From an uncultured Gemmatimonadales bacterium (GTDB lineage Bacteria > Gemmatimonadota > Gemmatimonadetes > Gemmatimonadales > Gemmatimonadaceae): a stretch of DNA of 64,000 nt. The first letter of the stretch is position 1. Each line of letters opens with the position of its first letter. Of this stretch, positions 40,138 through 50,602 are shown piece after piece. Below the pieces are notes generated by a model, which was not told the DNA's origin, did no database searches, and saw only the letters and a list, made by a program, of their open reading frames with translations. The DNA is taken from positions 32,001 to 96,000 of the forward strand of contig CAWBZV010000004.1 of assembly GCA_963793305.1 (NCBI GenBank), written 5' to 3'. A program made the position numbers and the translations under genes.

Positions 40138-40715
40138 CGTTCCAACGCGCCGCGGAGAAGGAGCCGGGCCCGATGCAATTGCGCTTTGCTTCCGCCCGAA
40201 GTGATTCCCAGCATCTCGGCGATCTCCTCATGTCGATAGCCCTGCACATCATGTAACACGAACACTCGTCGTGCACCCGGTGGGAGCCCCGCGACCGCCT
40301 GTTCCAAGTCCATGATCGTCCCTGGATTCCTGAAGGTCTCGCGCTCTCCACTCGTTTCAGTCCGTTCATCACTCTCTTCGTCCGTCACGAACCGCTTCCG
40401 CGCCCGGCCCGCGGTTTTGCGGGCATTCAAGACCACGTTCACGGCCAGCCGGTACAGCCACGTGCCAAACGCGCTCTCACCACGAAACGACGACAACCGT
40501 TCCCATGCCCGGACAAAGCAGTCCTGAGTCAGTTCTTCGGCCATCGTCCGGTCGCCCGCCATCCGGATGCAGAGCGAGAACACCCGATCGACGTGGACGC
40601 GGTACAGCCGCTCGAACGCCCGTGCGTCGCCCGCCCGGGCGGCCGCAATGTCCGTCGCCTCAGCCGCCCTGGCGGCCTCAGCGTCGTTTGCCGCCTCAAA
40701 AGGCGCCACAAGCAT
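40134..40715 (-). CDS. ECF RNA polymerase sigma factor
   Basis: AFERLY, EELTQDCF, TWLYRLAVN, HEEIAEMLG...KAQLHRAR. Confidence 0.95.
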   Translation of the reverse strand: MLVAPFEAANDAEAARAAEATDIAAARAGDARAFERLYRVHVDRVFSLCIRMAGDRTMAEELTQDCFVRAWERLSSFRGESAFGTWLYRLAVNVVLNARKTAGRARKRFVTDEESDERTETSGERETFRNPGTIMDLEQAVAGLPPGARRVFVLHDVQGYRHEEIAEMLGITSGGSKAQLHRARLLLRGALER

Positions 40716-40872
40716 CGGTCGGACTGTCCATGCGTCTCGTGTGTTGAGATCGCCGGACCGTCCCGAAGGTTTGCATCTACCGCTCCGCGGTACGTCGAGG
40801 CAGCCAAAAGCCCTGCTCGACTGGTCTATTCGACAGGAGAGTCGGCTGCGCCGATCTCCAGCAACTGGGTTC

Positions 40873-41529
40873 TTAGAGCGTCTTGAGCCGCTCAAGCAGC
40901 GGGGGAAGGTCCCGGATCCGGTCCAGATAGAAGCGTGGCGACGCGGGAAGGAGCGCCGACCGCGGAAACGGCCCCCACAGCGCCCCTACGGTGATTACAC
41001 CGGCGGCGTTTCCAGCATACATGTCGTGTGGCGAGTCGCCCACGAATACGGCGTCGGACGGGGGGACCTGCAACGCATCCAGTGCATATCTGACGGGCTC
41101 CGGATCTGGCTTGTGCCGATCCGTCGAGTCGAATCCCACGACGACGTCGAGATATCGATCGAGCCCGACGAACGTCAGGCTCCGGTTCGCGATGTCGCTG
41201 GCCTTCGAGGTGACGACCCCCGTCCGGTACCCGGCCCGACGCAGGTCCACCACCGTCTCGATCGCGTCCGCGTACGCCCGCGTCAGCTCGTCGTGGTGCG
41301 CGCGTTGATACTCACGGTACCCGTCGATCAGCGTCGCCAGATCCTGCTCGTCCGTCGCGTAGACTCGCATCTGCGTCGCCAGCGGTGTCCCGATTCCCGC
41401 AATCCATTCCTCTCGTGTCGGCACGCGCTCAGACCGGTCACGAAAGGCCCAGCGGACGCTGGCGAGCAACAATTCGATGGTGTCGAGTAGCGTGCCATCC
41501 AAGTCGAACAGAACAGCGCTCACGTTCAT
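40873..41529 (-). CDS. HAD phosphatase (PpaX/Gph-like)
   Basis: FDLDGTLLD, VTSK, KPDP, GDSPHD; ATGA overlap with helicase stop. Confidence 0.92.
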   Translation of the reverse strand: MNVSAVLFDLDGTLLDTIELLLASVRWAFRDRSERVPTREEWIAGIGTPLATQMRVYATDEQDLATLIDGYREYQRAHHDELTRAYADAIETVVDLRRAGYRTGVVTSKASDIANRSLTFVGLDRYLDVVVGFDSTDRHKPDPEPVRYALDALQVPPSDAVFVGDSPHDMYAGNAAGVITVGALWGPFPRSALLPASPRFYLDRIRDLPPLLERLKTL

Positions 41530-43608
41530 TGGTGGAACAGTAGCATGGCGAGAATCTCGACGCCTGGACCGCTCCCACGCGCCGGCCGCGGCGGTCGCTC
41601 GTGGTCGTCAGCAAATGCGGCGATCGCCTCGAGCCAGGCCTCGTCTCCCATGTCCGAGTCCGCCAACATCCCGAGTGCGGCCTCGGCTCCGACGCCCAAC
41701 GGCAACGTTGCCGCACGCCTCGCGCGAGCTGCCATATCGGCTAATACCGGGCGCCGATGTGCGTGGGCCTTGCTGACGATACCAGCAATCCGCCGGGCAA
41801 CTTGGCGCGAGCGCACATCACATATGTCCCGTGTTGCTCCGCGACGCTCGCCCCATGCCATGATCTTGCGTTCAGTTTGGGCTCGCACCGCATCATCGTT
41901 CGCTACGGGCTCGCCGTCGCCACACCCGGCCGCCAGGGCCAGAATGTCAGGGTCGTCCGTGATGCCAGAGCCGACGTCGGCGACCAGCATTACCTCGGCG
42001 TCTACTCGCACGGCGGCAAGAAAGCCGGTTCGCTCGGCGCGCACAGAGCCGATGCAGCCCAAGGGAACGCCAGCGGCCGCCCATCGTTCGAGTGTCGCCC
42101 GCATGCTGGTGGCTCTCGGTTGTGGCCAGAGCATGAGGCTCACGCCGACTGTCCGCGCTGCCTGCTGCAGCTTCTCCTGGAGCCGCCGCTCGACGCCGAG
42201 CATCACCTCGGCCGACGCCGGCGGCGCCAGCGCATAGACACTCACACACGGATGCGGGGACCCGATCCGCGCCGCGCGCCCCACCCGTTGCTCCATGCGC
42301 GCGGGCGTCCACGGCAGATCGAGGTGCACGACAACAGACGCGTCCTGCAGGTTGAGCCCTTCACTCAAGAGATCCGTCGCGATCAACAAGTCGATCTCAT
42401 GCGCCGCGGCCGGCGCCGGACAGCCCATGGCGATCGGGGCGAACCGGGCGATCGCCTCGGCGCGCCGCAATCGCCCGCCGGCGACGATGCCACCGCGACC
42501 GCCGAGCGCGCACGTCTTACGGTAGCCGTGATGCCGCGCGATGGCGTGCACGGTATCCTCGTAGGCCGAGAACGCGATCGTTTTGCGACCGGCCGCGATA
42601 TCTCCGAGCGCGGCGGCGCGGGCCAGATCGGGATTCGGTCGCGCGGCCATCTCGAGCCAGCAGTCGCCGCACGCCGTGTGCATGCGCCTCGACCGCCTCG
42701 CGTAGCTCGCGCGTTCCCGCCGGGCCAACGTTGGGGATGAGCAACTCGGGAAAAGCCAGTTGCACAGCGCCCTCGCCGAGACACCACGATCTGAGATCGT
42801 AATACGTGGGATGGCGATCACTCTTGAGGGCAGCAGCCATCGCGATCGCGCGGCTGAGCCGGCGTCTGAGTGCACCCTTGAGCGCACCGGCACTCGATGC
42901 CCATTGCCGCACCAGGCCATGGGCGACGAGCGCGCCGGCCGCATCGCCGTCGCGCGGCGGCACTGGCGCCGGCAGCGCGAGGATGTCGTGTAGCGTGGTT
43001 TCGTCATCCGCGGTGGCGATCCATTGAATCGGCAGCACGCGCGGCCGCGTCTCCGCGGAGTGCTCACGGCGGACGATGACGCGGCCGAGGGGTGGATTCG
43101 CGCGAAAGAGAGCGAGTAAGGCCGTGATATCGGCGCGCGCGTTGTGCACTGGCGTGGCCGAGAGCAGCAGGACTCTCGCGCTGGTCACCAACTCGGCGAG
43201 CGCGGCATATCGGCGCGTCGCCGGGTTGCGAAAATGATGCGCCTCGTCGACGACGATGAAATCGCTCCGTGCCGGAACCCGACCGTAGCTCATCGCCTCG
43301 ATCGAATGCAATCGCGCGGTCACCCCGCTCGCCGAAAGCGCGGAGCGCCACATGGGGAGGAGCGCCGAGGGCGCGACGACCAATGGTTGTTTCGCCTCAG
43401 CGATAAGCGCGACGGCGATGTACGTCTTCCCCAACCCGGTCTCGTCGGCGAGCAGCGCGCCGCCGTATTCGTCAATCGCCGCGCGCAGTCGCGCGACGCC
43501 CGCGGCCTGGTGCGGACGTAGCATGACGTTGCCGAGCGAGATGCTCTGTGCAGGGCCGCCAGAGTCGAGCCCGAGCCACGCCCGCGCGATGGCGGCGCGG
43601 GCGCTCAC
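41526..43608 (-). CDS. SNF2-like SF2 helicase, frameshift near 42655
   Basis: LADETGLGKT, DEAH, SATP in ORF 42517-43809; SEGLNLQ, DLPW, MEQRVGR in ORF 41526-43067; GTGA overlap with MTase stop. Confidence 0.88.
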
Positions 43609-46600
43609 CGCGTCGGCCCGAGGATCCATGCCGCGAGCGGTGCGACCGCCGCCGTACTGAGACCGTATACATCCACCGCCGCGTCCCACAACTCGCCCGA
43701 CGTGACGGACTCTCCTCGTTCCGCGAGACACGCGAGTCGCGTGCGCGCGCGGTGCCAGTCGCGTGGAATTGGCAGGAGCCCGACAGTCCAGCCGAGGTAC
43801 CGGTGCCATGAGCCGCGGGCGGGCTCAGCGATGGCGTTGAGCCACGCCGCGGCGAGCGGTCCGTTGAGCAGCGCCGCGAGCGCCAATGCGTCAGTGAGAT
43901 CGGGACAGCGCGCGAGATAGCAGCTATTGAGCGCAATACACGCACTGCCGGCGGACAGCACCGCGGCCCGCGGCGTGCGCCCGAGGTCGCCCCACACGAC
44001 GCGCGGCGTGCGCGCGATGGCGCCGTCGGTGCGAAAGACCGACCACCAGGCCGCGCGTCCCGCATCCGAGCGCGCGCCCAGCCGCCGGCGCCACGGCTCG
44101 AGCCACTCGGCCGCGTGATCGGGCAACTGCTCGACGCCATGCGTCCAGATAAGGCACTCGCGCCCAGGGGCGATTTTCTCGGGCACGACCCACGCGCCGA
44201 GCGTGTCGCCGCGAATGAGCGGTCGGAGGAGCGACGACTCGATGAGGCCGCGCCGGGCCCCACCGCGGTCATCCCGTCCGCGCACGATCGCGAATGGCTC
44301 CTCGATCTCCTCGGGGGTGACGACGAACGCGGCGTTGCATCCGGTCTTCACGCCGAGGGTCGGCGGGCCGAACCGGGAGTAGGCGAGGGGGATCCCGGTA
44401 CGAGAGACCGCATCGAACGCCGCCCGGACGGCCGGCGGCACGAGTACCCAGGGGCTGCCCGGCGTCGTGTCGAACGAGAGCGTGCCGGCTGGCGCCACCC
44501 AGCGGCGTTGGCTCCCCTGGCGCTGGTGGATCGCCAACCGCATCTGCGCCTGCGTGTGCCCTCTCCGCGCGACCAACAGCGCCGGATAGGCCGCGGCGTC
44601 GAATTCTGGCTCGGCGTTGGACCAGTCTTCGAGCGACAGCGGCGTGGTCTCGCGCAGGAGCATCTCGCGGACACCGCCGCCGGCGAGCGCGCGAAAGAGT
44701 TTGGCGGGGACGATGAGCGCGATGATTCCACCCTGGCGAGCGAGCGACAGGGCGCGCTCGACAAAGAGGGCCGAGAGATCGACCTGTGCCGCGAACCCTC
44801 GACCGGCGCGCGCCAGGCGAGCTCCGCTCAGCCATGGCGCGTCTCGGAATGTGCGAAATCGGCTCCGCAGCCGTTCGCGCATTGCCACTGGGATGTTGTG
44901 CAGCCGTACCCACGGCGGGTTGCCGATGACGGCATCGAATGCGCCGACGTGCGCGAATTGGACCGCGTAGGAGAACGGCAGGGCGCCGCCCTGTTCGAGC
45001 GTGCGAATCTCTTGGCGCCGTTCCCTCGACTCTTTTCTCAGCGCGTGGAGCTGTCGCTTTGCCTCCAAGCGGCCGCCGAAGAGGTCGCGCCCTCGGCAGG
45101 CCGCTATGAGATCGATGCGCTGCAGGCGTATCCCGTCCAGCGCTCGCTTCGCTCGCGCAATGGCCAACGAGCGCTCGGTGCGGTCGAGCACTCTCTGCAG
45201 CGCGCGTTTTCGAGCACCGGTTGCCTTGTTGTAGCCGCGCGGAAGGCGGATAGACGCCGGCTCGCAGAAAGCGCTATCGCCGAGCGAGTCCCCAACGCGC
45301 ACGTTTCGATCGAGATTCGGCAGGGCGTCGCTTTCGTCGCTCTCGACGACGACTGACAGCCAGAGGCGCAGCTCGCACAACCAGACCGCGATCGGGTTGA
45401 TGTCGACGCCGTAGATCGACCGCGTGAGGATGCCACGCCGACGCTCAGCGATGGGCCGGGGGTCGCCGAGCCGCCCCGCCAGATCCGCTAGCATCTCCAG
45501 CATGTGCACCAGGAACGCACCCGACCCGCACGCGGGGTCCAAGATGCGTAGGGCCTCCAAGCGAGCGCGTAGAATCGGCGAGAGCGCAGGATCGACCGAT
45601 CCGCCGGTGACGAGCGCGAGCGCCTCCGTTGGTGACAGCTCCGGCCCCGAGAGCAGGTGCGCCAGGGTGGAGGCGGTCGTGGTCTCGACAAGCGAACGCG
45701 GCGTATAGAAGCACCCGGTCGCGCGTCGCTCGGCGCGCGCCATGAGCGACTCGAACGTGGTACCGAGCATCGCAGGATCGACCGCTGACTCCGACCAGTC
45801 CGCGCTGTCCTCGCGAGCCCGGAAGCGGTAGTGCGGAAGCAGCTCGTCGAACAGCACGCCGAGCGCCGCATCGCTGAACCGCACATGCCGCCCGCGCCGC
45901 TCGGCCGGCGTGGGCGTGAACAAGCCGCCGTTCAGAAACGGTACGCGCCCGAATGCCACTGCCCGCGGCGCCCGGCGACCCGGTGGCGTATTGAGGGTGC
46001 CAAAGAAGAGGGGCCGCAGCACGCGCTCATGGACGCCGCCGGCGCCGGCTACGCAGGTGCTGAACGTGCGCGCGAGGAATGCCCGGTCGCCATCGAGCCA
46101 CCCCTTGGACTCGAGAAACGCGAGAAACAGGAGGCGGCAGGTGTAGACCAGCGCGATCTCGCGTTCGACCAATGTCGCGCCGAGGGTCGCGACGGCGCGC
46201 TCGATACCGCGATAGAAGCGGGAGCCCAAGGCCTCACGACCGAGGATGTCGACCCATCGCGCGTGGACGAGGGTCCCGTCGCCGCCCGGCGCGAGGGTGG
46301 CCGCGGCTTCCAGCATCCGGAACGTATCGGCGTCGCTATCCAGGACGCGCGTGCGGTCGATGACGAGCGCCGCGGTCCGCGGCGGTACCCGGTCGGCGGA
46401 CCAAGCAGCGAGCGCGAGATGTTTCGCGGGCGAGATGACACCGAGCAGCCATAGTAGGTGGGGCGCACGCCGCGCGAGCCGTTCGGCGACGGTCGAGACA
46501 ACGTCACGGATCGGTAAGCCGCTCGGCGAAACCGTTACCACTAGGGCCCGAAGTGCTCCGGGGCCCCGAGCGATGGCGACGGTTAGCGGGAGATTGCTCA

Positions 46601-46733
46601 ACCCCAGGGTAGCCTGATCGGCGGGGTCTATGGCCCTCGCCTCGGCGAAGCCAAGAGCGGTCAGGACGGGTGAGAATGTCTCAGCGTCCGTGACGTTGAG
46701 TAAGAGACCGGCAGCAGATCGGAGCGAGCGCAC
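43605..46733 (-). CDS. Large amino-DNA methyltransferase (Eco57I/Type IIG-like, gamma class)
   Basis: PFLNGGLF, G.FYTP, ILDPACGSGAFL, GVDIN, GNPPW, C-terminal TRD-like region. Confidence 0.9.
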   Translation of the reverse strand: MRSLRSAAGLLLNVTDAETFSPVLTALGFAEARAIDPADQATLGLSNLPLTVAIARGPGALRALVVTVSPSGLPIRDVVSTVAERLARRAPHLLWLLGVISPAKHLALAAWSADRVPPRTAALVIDRTRVLDSDADTFRMLEAAATLAPGGDGTLVHARWVDILGREALGSRFYRGIERAVATLGATLVEREIALVYTCRLLFLAFLESKGWLDGDRAFLARTFSTCVAGAGGVHERVLRPLFFGTLNTPPGRRAPRAVAFGRVPFLNGGLFTPTPAERRGRHVRFSDAALGVLFDELLPHYRFRAREDSADWSESAVDPAMLGTTFESLMARAERRATGCFYTPRSLVETTTASTLAHLLSGPELSPTEALALVTGGSVDPALSPILRARLEALRILDPACGSGAFLVHMLEMLADLAGRLGDPRPIAERRRGILTRSIYGVDINPIAVWLCELRLWLSVVVESDESDALPNLDRNVRVGDSLGDSAFCEPASIRLPRGYNKATGARKRALQRVLDRTERSLAIARAKRALDGIRLQRIDLIAACRGRDLFGGRLEAKRQLHALRKESRERRQEIRTLEQGGALPFSYAVQFAHVGAFDAVIGNPPWVRLHNIPVAMRERLRSRFRTFRDAPWLSGARLARAGRGFAAQVDLSALFVERALSLARQGGIIALIVPAKLFRALAGGGVREMLLRETTPLSLEDWSNAEPEFDAAAYPALLVARRGHTQAQMRLAIHQRQGSQRRWVAPAGTLSFDTTPGSPWVLVPPAVRAAFDAVSRTGIPLAYSRFGPPTLGVKTGCNAAFVVTPEEIEEPFAIVRGRDDRGGARRGLIESSLLRPLIRGDTLGAWVVPEKIAPGRECLIWTHGVEQLPDHAAEWLEPWRRRLGARSDAGRAAWWSVFRTDGAIARTPRVVWGDLGRTPRAAVLSAGSACIALNSCYLARCPDLTDALALAALLNGPLAAAWLNAIAEPARGSWHRYLGWTVGLLPIPRDWHRARTRLACLAERGESVTSGELWDAAVDVYGLSTAAVAPLAAWILGPTR

Positions 46734-46966
46734 GCGAGCACGATGACGTGTTCCGCGCCGGAAACCCGCATCGCTATATCGTGGACCGCATCGTTGACCA
46801 CCACACGGACAGTGTTGAACACACCTGGTTGGTGAGCCATGGTGGCTATCGTCTTTTCCGGATGCCGGTCACCTCTTTTTCCTCGTGGCGTTTCCACTGG
46901 ACAAATCGTCCGGTCACTGTCGCGATGCGCATCGTTGAACCCTTCCAAACTCCGGAGATCGTCCGA

Positions 46967-47914
46967 ATGCATCGTCCGTTCGCAGCCGTTGCGGTGCTCA
47001 GCACCGCGGCCGCCGTGCTCGCCTTAGCGGGTTGCGGCAGCAGCAGCACTTCTCCCTCGCAGACCAACTTCAAGTCGCTCCCCGCCGCCGAACAGACGGC
47101 GTTCGAGCAGTCCGCGGTACAGGAGGTGGAGGCGTCCGTCCTGTCATTTACCAGCACGGATCCCACGTCGTTGTTCTTGTTCAACAAGGTCGCTTCGAAG
47201 CGCTTTACCGGCGGATTGCGGATGGCCGGCAGCAAAACGACCCCGCGCTTCCAAAACACGACCTCGTGTTCCAGTGAGAGTGGCAACTCGAATGACGAGG
47301 ATCAGGACGGCGTCGTCGATGCCGACAGCGTCACGTTTGCCTGCACGGATACGGCGAGTGGCGAGACGATCACGGAGAACGGGTTCTTTTCGTGGGGCGA
47401 CCCCACTCCGACGACGGCGGATCTGGAGATCAACGACGCCGCCAACCTGCAACTCGCGTTGACGGGCTCGACCGACGGCAACATCAGTCTGAGCCTGGTC
47501 GGCAATGCCGCCATCACCCAAACATCGAGCACGCTCAATCTGGCGGGCAACTGGGCGATCGATGAAGCGCTGGCCAACAATCCGCAGAACGAGAACGGCA
47601 CGTTCAAGCTGAGCGCGAACGAGAATGCGACATTTACGTGGACCGGCTCGACGCCGACCTACTTTGGGACGCTGACGGCGGGCACGATCAACCTGTCGGG
47701 TAACTGGTCGTACGACATCAATACGACGCAAACCACCGTCAACCTGGCCTTCTCGGTCTCGACGCCGACCGTCTTGACGATCGATGAGCAGAATTGCACG
47801 ACGAACTCGAGCGGAATCGTGTCGGGCGAACTCGACATCAAGTTCGCTGACGGCACCCTCGTGAAAGCGGTATGGAACGGTTGCCCGGCGCAGCCGTCGT
47901 ACACGGTGACTTGA
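46967..47914 (+). CDS. Thr/Ser/Asn-rich surface lipoprotein of unknown function
   Basis: Lipobox LAGC; DEDQDG motif; followed by terminator. Confidence 0.75.
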   Translation: MHRPFAAVAVLSTAAAVLALAGCGSSSTSPSQTNFKSLPAAEQTAFEQSAVQEVEASVLSFTSTDPTSLFLFNKVASKRFTGGLRMAGSKTTPRFQNTTSCSSESGNSNDEDQDGVVDADSVTFACTDTASGETITENGFFSWGDPTPTTADLEINDAANLQLALTGSTDGNISLSLVGNAAITQTSSTLNLAGNWAIDEALANNPQNENGTFKLSANENATFTWTGSTPTYFGTLTAGTINLSGNWSYDINTTQTTVNLAFSVSTPTVLTIDEQNCTTNSSGIVSGELDIKFADGTLVKAVWNGCPAQPSYTVT

Positions 47915-47942
47915 TCACGATCGTCTCGCTGGCGTAGCACAC

Positions 47943-47984
47943 GAGGGGAGGCCCGGTTCGCCGGGCTTCCCCTCTTAGTTTTTC
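47943..47984 (+). terminator. Intrinsic terminator
   Basis: GAGGGGAGGCCCGG-TTCG-CCGGGCTTCCCCTC plus T-tract. Confidence 0.85.
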
Positions 47985-47990
47985 TCCGAT

Positions 47991-48653
47991 ATGGAAGAAC
48001 CGACCACGCTTTTCCGGCCCGTGGGCCGCGCCGAGCTGGCGCTCATTGCTGCCGCCGACTACTCGGCGTTCCCGCCGCGACTGCCCGAGCAGCCATTCTT
48101 CTATCCGGTCTTAACCGAACAGTACGCCCATGCGATCGCCTCGCAGTGGAACACGCGTGACGAACGCTCGGGCTTTGTCGGCTACGTCACTCGATTCAGC
48201 GTTCAGGCCGCATTTCTACGCGCGTATCCTGTTCGCGAGGTAGGCGGCTCGCGGCACCGGGAGTATTGGATTCCCGCCGAGGAGCTCGAGCAGTTCAATC
48301 GGGCGATCGTCGGGAAGATCGAGATCATCGCCAAGTATCACATCATGGAACGCCTCGGGCCCACCGAAACAGAATTGCTCGAAACCCGCCTCATGGTCGA
48401 CGGGGAGATCCTCCGCGGTCCGGTGGCCCTGCGCATCGACCACCTCATCGCGCACGATCTCGTTGAGATCGGGCCAGCAGACGGCGGCTGGTCGACCCTG
48501 TATCGGGATCCGGCGGATGAGCGATACTGGGAGCTGACGCATCCGATGAGCGACATGCACGGCGGTGGACCGAGGAGTCTCACGCTGGTCAGTGACGCGG
48601 TCGCTGCCCAGAAGTACGGCGCTCGGACACGTCGCGATAATAAAAGCTCGTAG
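47991..48653 (+). CDS. Two-domain protein: 'ADP-ribosylation/crystallin J1'-annotated small domain plus Imm27-like domain
   Basis: LFRPVG..EL.LI...FPPRLPEQP.FYPVL; C-terminal GW.TLYRDP.D.R.WEL..P.S.MHGGGP. Confidence 0.7.
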   Translation: MEEPTTLFRPVGRAELALIAAADYSAFPPRLPEQPFFYPVLTEQYAHAIASQWNTRDERSGFVGYVTRFSVQAAFLRAYPVREVGGSRHREYWIPAEELEQFNRAIVGKIEIIAKYHIMERLGPTETELLETRLMVDGEILRGPVALRIDHLIAHDLVEIGPADGGWSTLYRDPADERYWELTHPMSDMHGGGPRSLTLVSDAVAAQKYGARTRRDNKSS

Positions 48654-49134
48654 CGCAGAGCCCTCCACCCGGCCACAAGGCGTAGTCAGGGATCACCCCG
48701 ACCAGCCGCCAACCCATTCGCACATACAGCCGCTCAGCGTCCCCACTCGCGGTGTCGAGCACGAGCAGCGTCTTGCCGCACTCGCGCGCGACGTGCTCGG
48801 CCTCGCGCATGAGCGCTTCGCCAGTGCCGAGGCGACGGACGCGGCGGTGCACGAGGAGTTTCGAGATGTCGGCGCGGTGAGGCTGGTTCTCGGGTTGCGC
48901 GAACACGAGTTGCACGGTGCCTACGATGCCGGTGCTGTCCTCGGCGATGAGAAGGGCGCGGGCGCCGTTGGCGACCTCGCGAGCGACGTGGCGCCAGAAA
49001 GTCGCTGCCTTCTCGAGCGACAACGGGAGCATGAAGCTCACCGATGCGCCGCCTTCAACGCAGTCGATCAGGACGAGCGCGAGCTCGTGGACCTGGGCAT
49101 CGGTGACCGTCAGTACGCGACGGACCGTGATCAT
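48589..49134 (-). CDS. GNAT acetyltransferase (tabtoxin-resistance-like)
   Basis: DCVEGGASVSF, NQPHRADISKLLVH, LLVLDT, G.IPDYAL. Confidence 0.9.
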   Translation of the reverse strand: MITVRRVLTVTDAQVHELALVLIDCVEGGASVSFMLPLSLEKAATFWRHVAREVANGARALLIAEDSTGIVGTVQLVFAQPENQPHRADISKLLVHRRVRRLGTGEALMREAEHVARECGKTLLVLDTASGDAERLYVRMGWRLVGVIPDYALWPGGGLCATSFYYRDVSERRTSGQRPRH

Positions 49135-49679
49135 TGCGCGACGACCACGGCGTAGCGGGCCGGCGTACTCAATGGATTCGAGAACGCGATCGGGCGATCG
49201 AGGACGAATGCGACGCAGTCGCCGGCGGTGAGGGCGTAGCATTCGGGGCCGACGCGGATTTCGATCGAGCCCTCGAGGACCCAGACTTGTTGGTGAGCGC
49301 GGGTGCCGCTGTCGAATGCGACGCGAGCGCCCGCGGGGAACTCGACGTCGACGATCTGGAATGGCGACGAGACGCCGCTCGGGCTGACGTTGCGTCGGAC
49401 GTAGCCCGAGGCTGGATCGCGCCATTGGAGTTGGTCGCCGCGGCGCGAAATTGGCTGCGGTCGCGGCGGCGCTTCATCGAAGAGGCTCGCCAGTGGAACG
49501 TCGAGGCCCGTCGCGAGACGCTCAAGTAACACTGCGGTTGGTGTGCTCTCGGCACGTTCGATGAGCGAGATCATCGAGCGGCTCACACCGCTTCGCTCGG
49601 CGAGACTTTCGAGAGTCAGGCCGCGAGATACTCGGAGATCGCGGACGCGCGTAGCGAGTCGCTCGGTGATGTCTGACAT
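49131..49679 (-). CDS. XRE-cupin transcriptional regulator
   Basis: LAERSGVSRSMISLIER HTH plus cupin. Confidence 0.92.
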   Translation of the reverse strand: MSDITERLATRVRDLRVSRGLTLESLAERSGVSRSMISLIERAESTPTAVLLERLATGLDVPLASLFDEAPPRPQPISRRGDQLQWRDPASGYVRRNVSPSGVSSPFQIVDVEFPAGARVAFDSGTRAHQQVWVLEGSIEIRVGPECYALTAGDCVAFVLDRPIAFSNPLSTPARYAVVVAQ

Positions 49680-49732
49680 ATTGGAATGTATTCTAACATA
49701 CCGGACGTAGCAGGGAGATTAGATTGCACGAC

Positions 49733-50083
49733 ATGCCGATTCGTTCCGGAAGCGACCTCATCAGTGACGCGAAGACTCGCATCACGGAAGTCGGGATGGC
49801 AGAGGCGACTGCCGCCCCGAATGTCGTGTTTCTCGACGTGCGCGAGCCGAACGAGTGGAATCTGGGTCGCATTCCCGGCGCCAAATTCATACCTCGCGGC
49901 ACACTCGAGACGACCGTCGAAAAACAGATCCCGCGCGATGCGAACGTTGTGGTCTATTGCGCGAGCGGCAATCGATCGGCACTCGCGGCCGACACGATGC
50001 GCTTGATGGGATATGAGCACGTCTCGTCACTCCGCGGCGGATTCCGTGCGTGGGTCGATGCTGGAGGCGAGGTCGAGGGGTGA
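49733..50083 (+). CDS. Rhodanese-like domain protein
   Basis: DVREPNEW, YCASGNRS, GGF.AW. Confidence 0.92.
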   Translation: MPIRSGSDLISDAKTRITEVGMAEATAAPNVVFLDVREPNEWNLGRIPGAKFIPRGTLETTVEKQIPRDANVVVYCASGNRSALAADTMRLMGYEHVSSLRGGFRAWVDAGGEVEG

Positions 50084-50586
50084 CAGTACCGCGGGCCGCG
50101 GTGGCCCTCGTATTACGAGAGGGGCTGGATGGCCTAGAGCTGCTCTTGATCAAGCGGGCTGAGGTCGACGGGGACCCCTGGAGCGGTCACGTCGCGCTCC
50201 CCGGTGGACGCGAGGAGGCCGAGGACGCATCGTTGGAGGACACGGCGGTGCGCGAGACGTTCGAGGAGACGGGGATCGATCTCCGACGGTATGGTCGCAT
50301 CGTGTGGGAGCTGGACGAGCTCCAACCCCGCGGCGGCGCGCCGATCGTCGTGCAGCCGTACGTCGCGACCGTGGGCGCCGATCTTCCGCCGCTCGCGCTC
50401 TCTGACGAGGTGTCGGCGGCGTTCTGGGTGCCTCTCTCGACGTTCACGGCGGCCGGGGCCAGCGTCGAGTCCACGGTCGTGGTTCGGGGGGTCGAGCGGC
50501 AAGTCCCCAGTTTCCGGCATGGGGAATACGTGGTTTGGGGAATGACGGAGCGCATCTTGCGACAGCTGATCGAGCTGGTCGGCTGA
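50080..50586 (+). CDS. Nudix hydrolase (CoA pyrophosphatase-like)
   Basis: SGHVALPGG...AVRETFEETG, WGMT. Confidence 0.92.
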   Translation: MTVPRAAVALVLREGLDGLELLLIKRAEVDGDPWSGHVALPGGREEAEDASLEDTAVRETFEETGIDLRRYGRIVWELDELQPRGGAPIVVQPYVATVGADLPPLALSDEVSAAFWVPLSTFTAAGASVESTVVVRGVERQVPSFRHGEYVVWGMTERILRQLIELVG

Positions 50587-50602
50587 GGGGGGGGAGGTCA
50601 CA

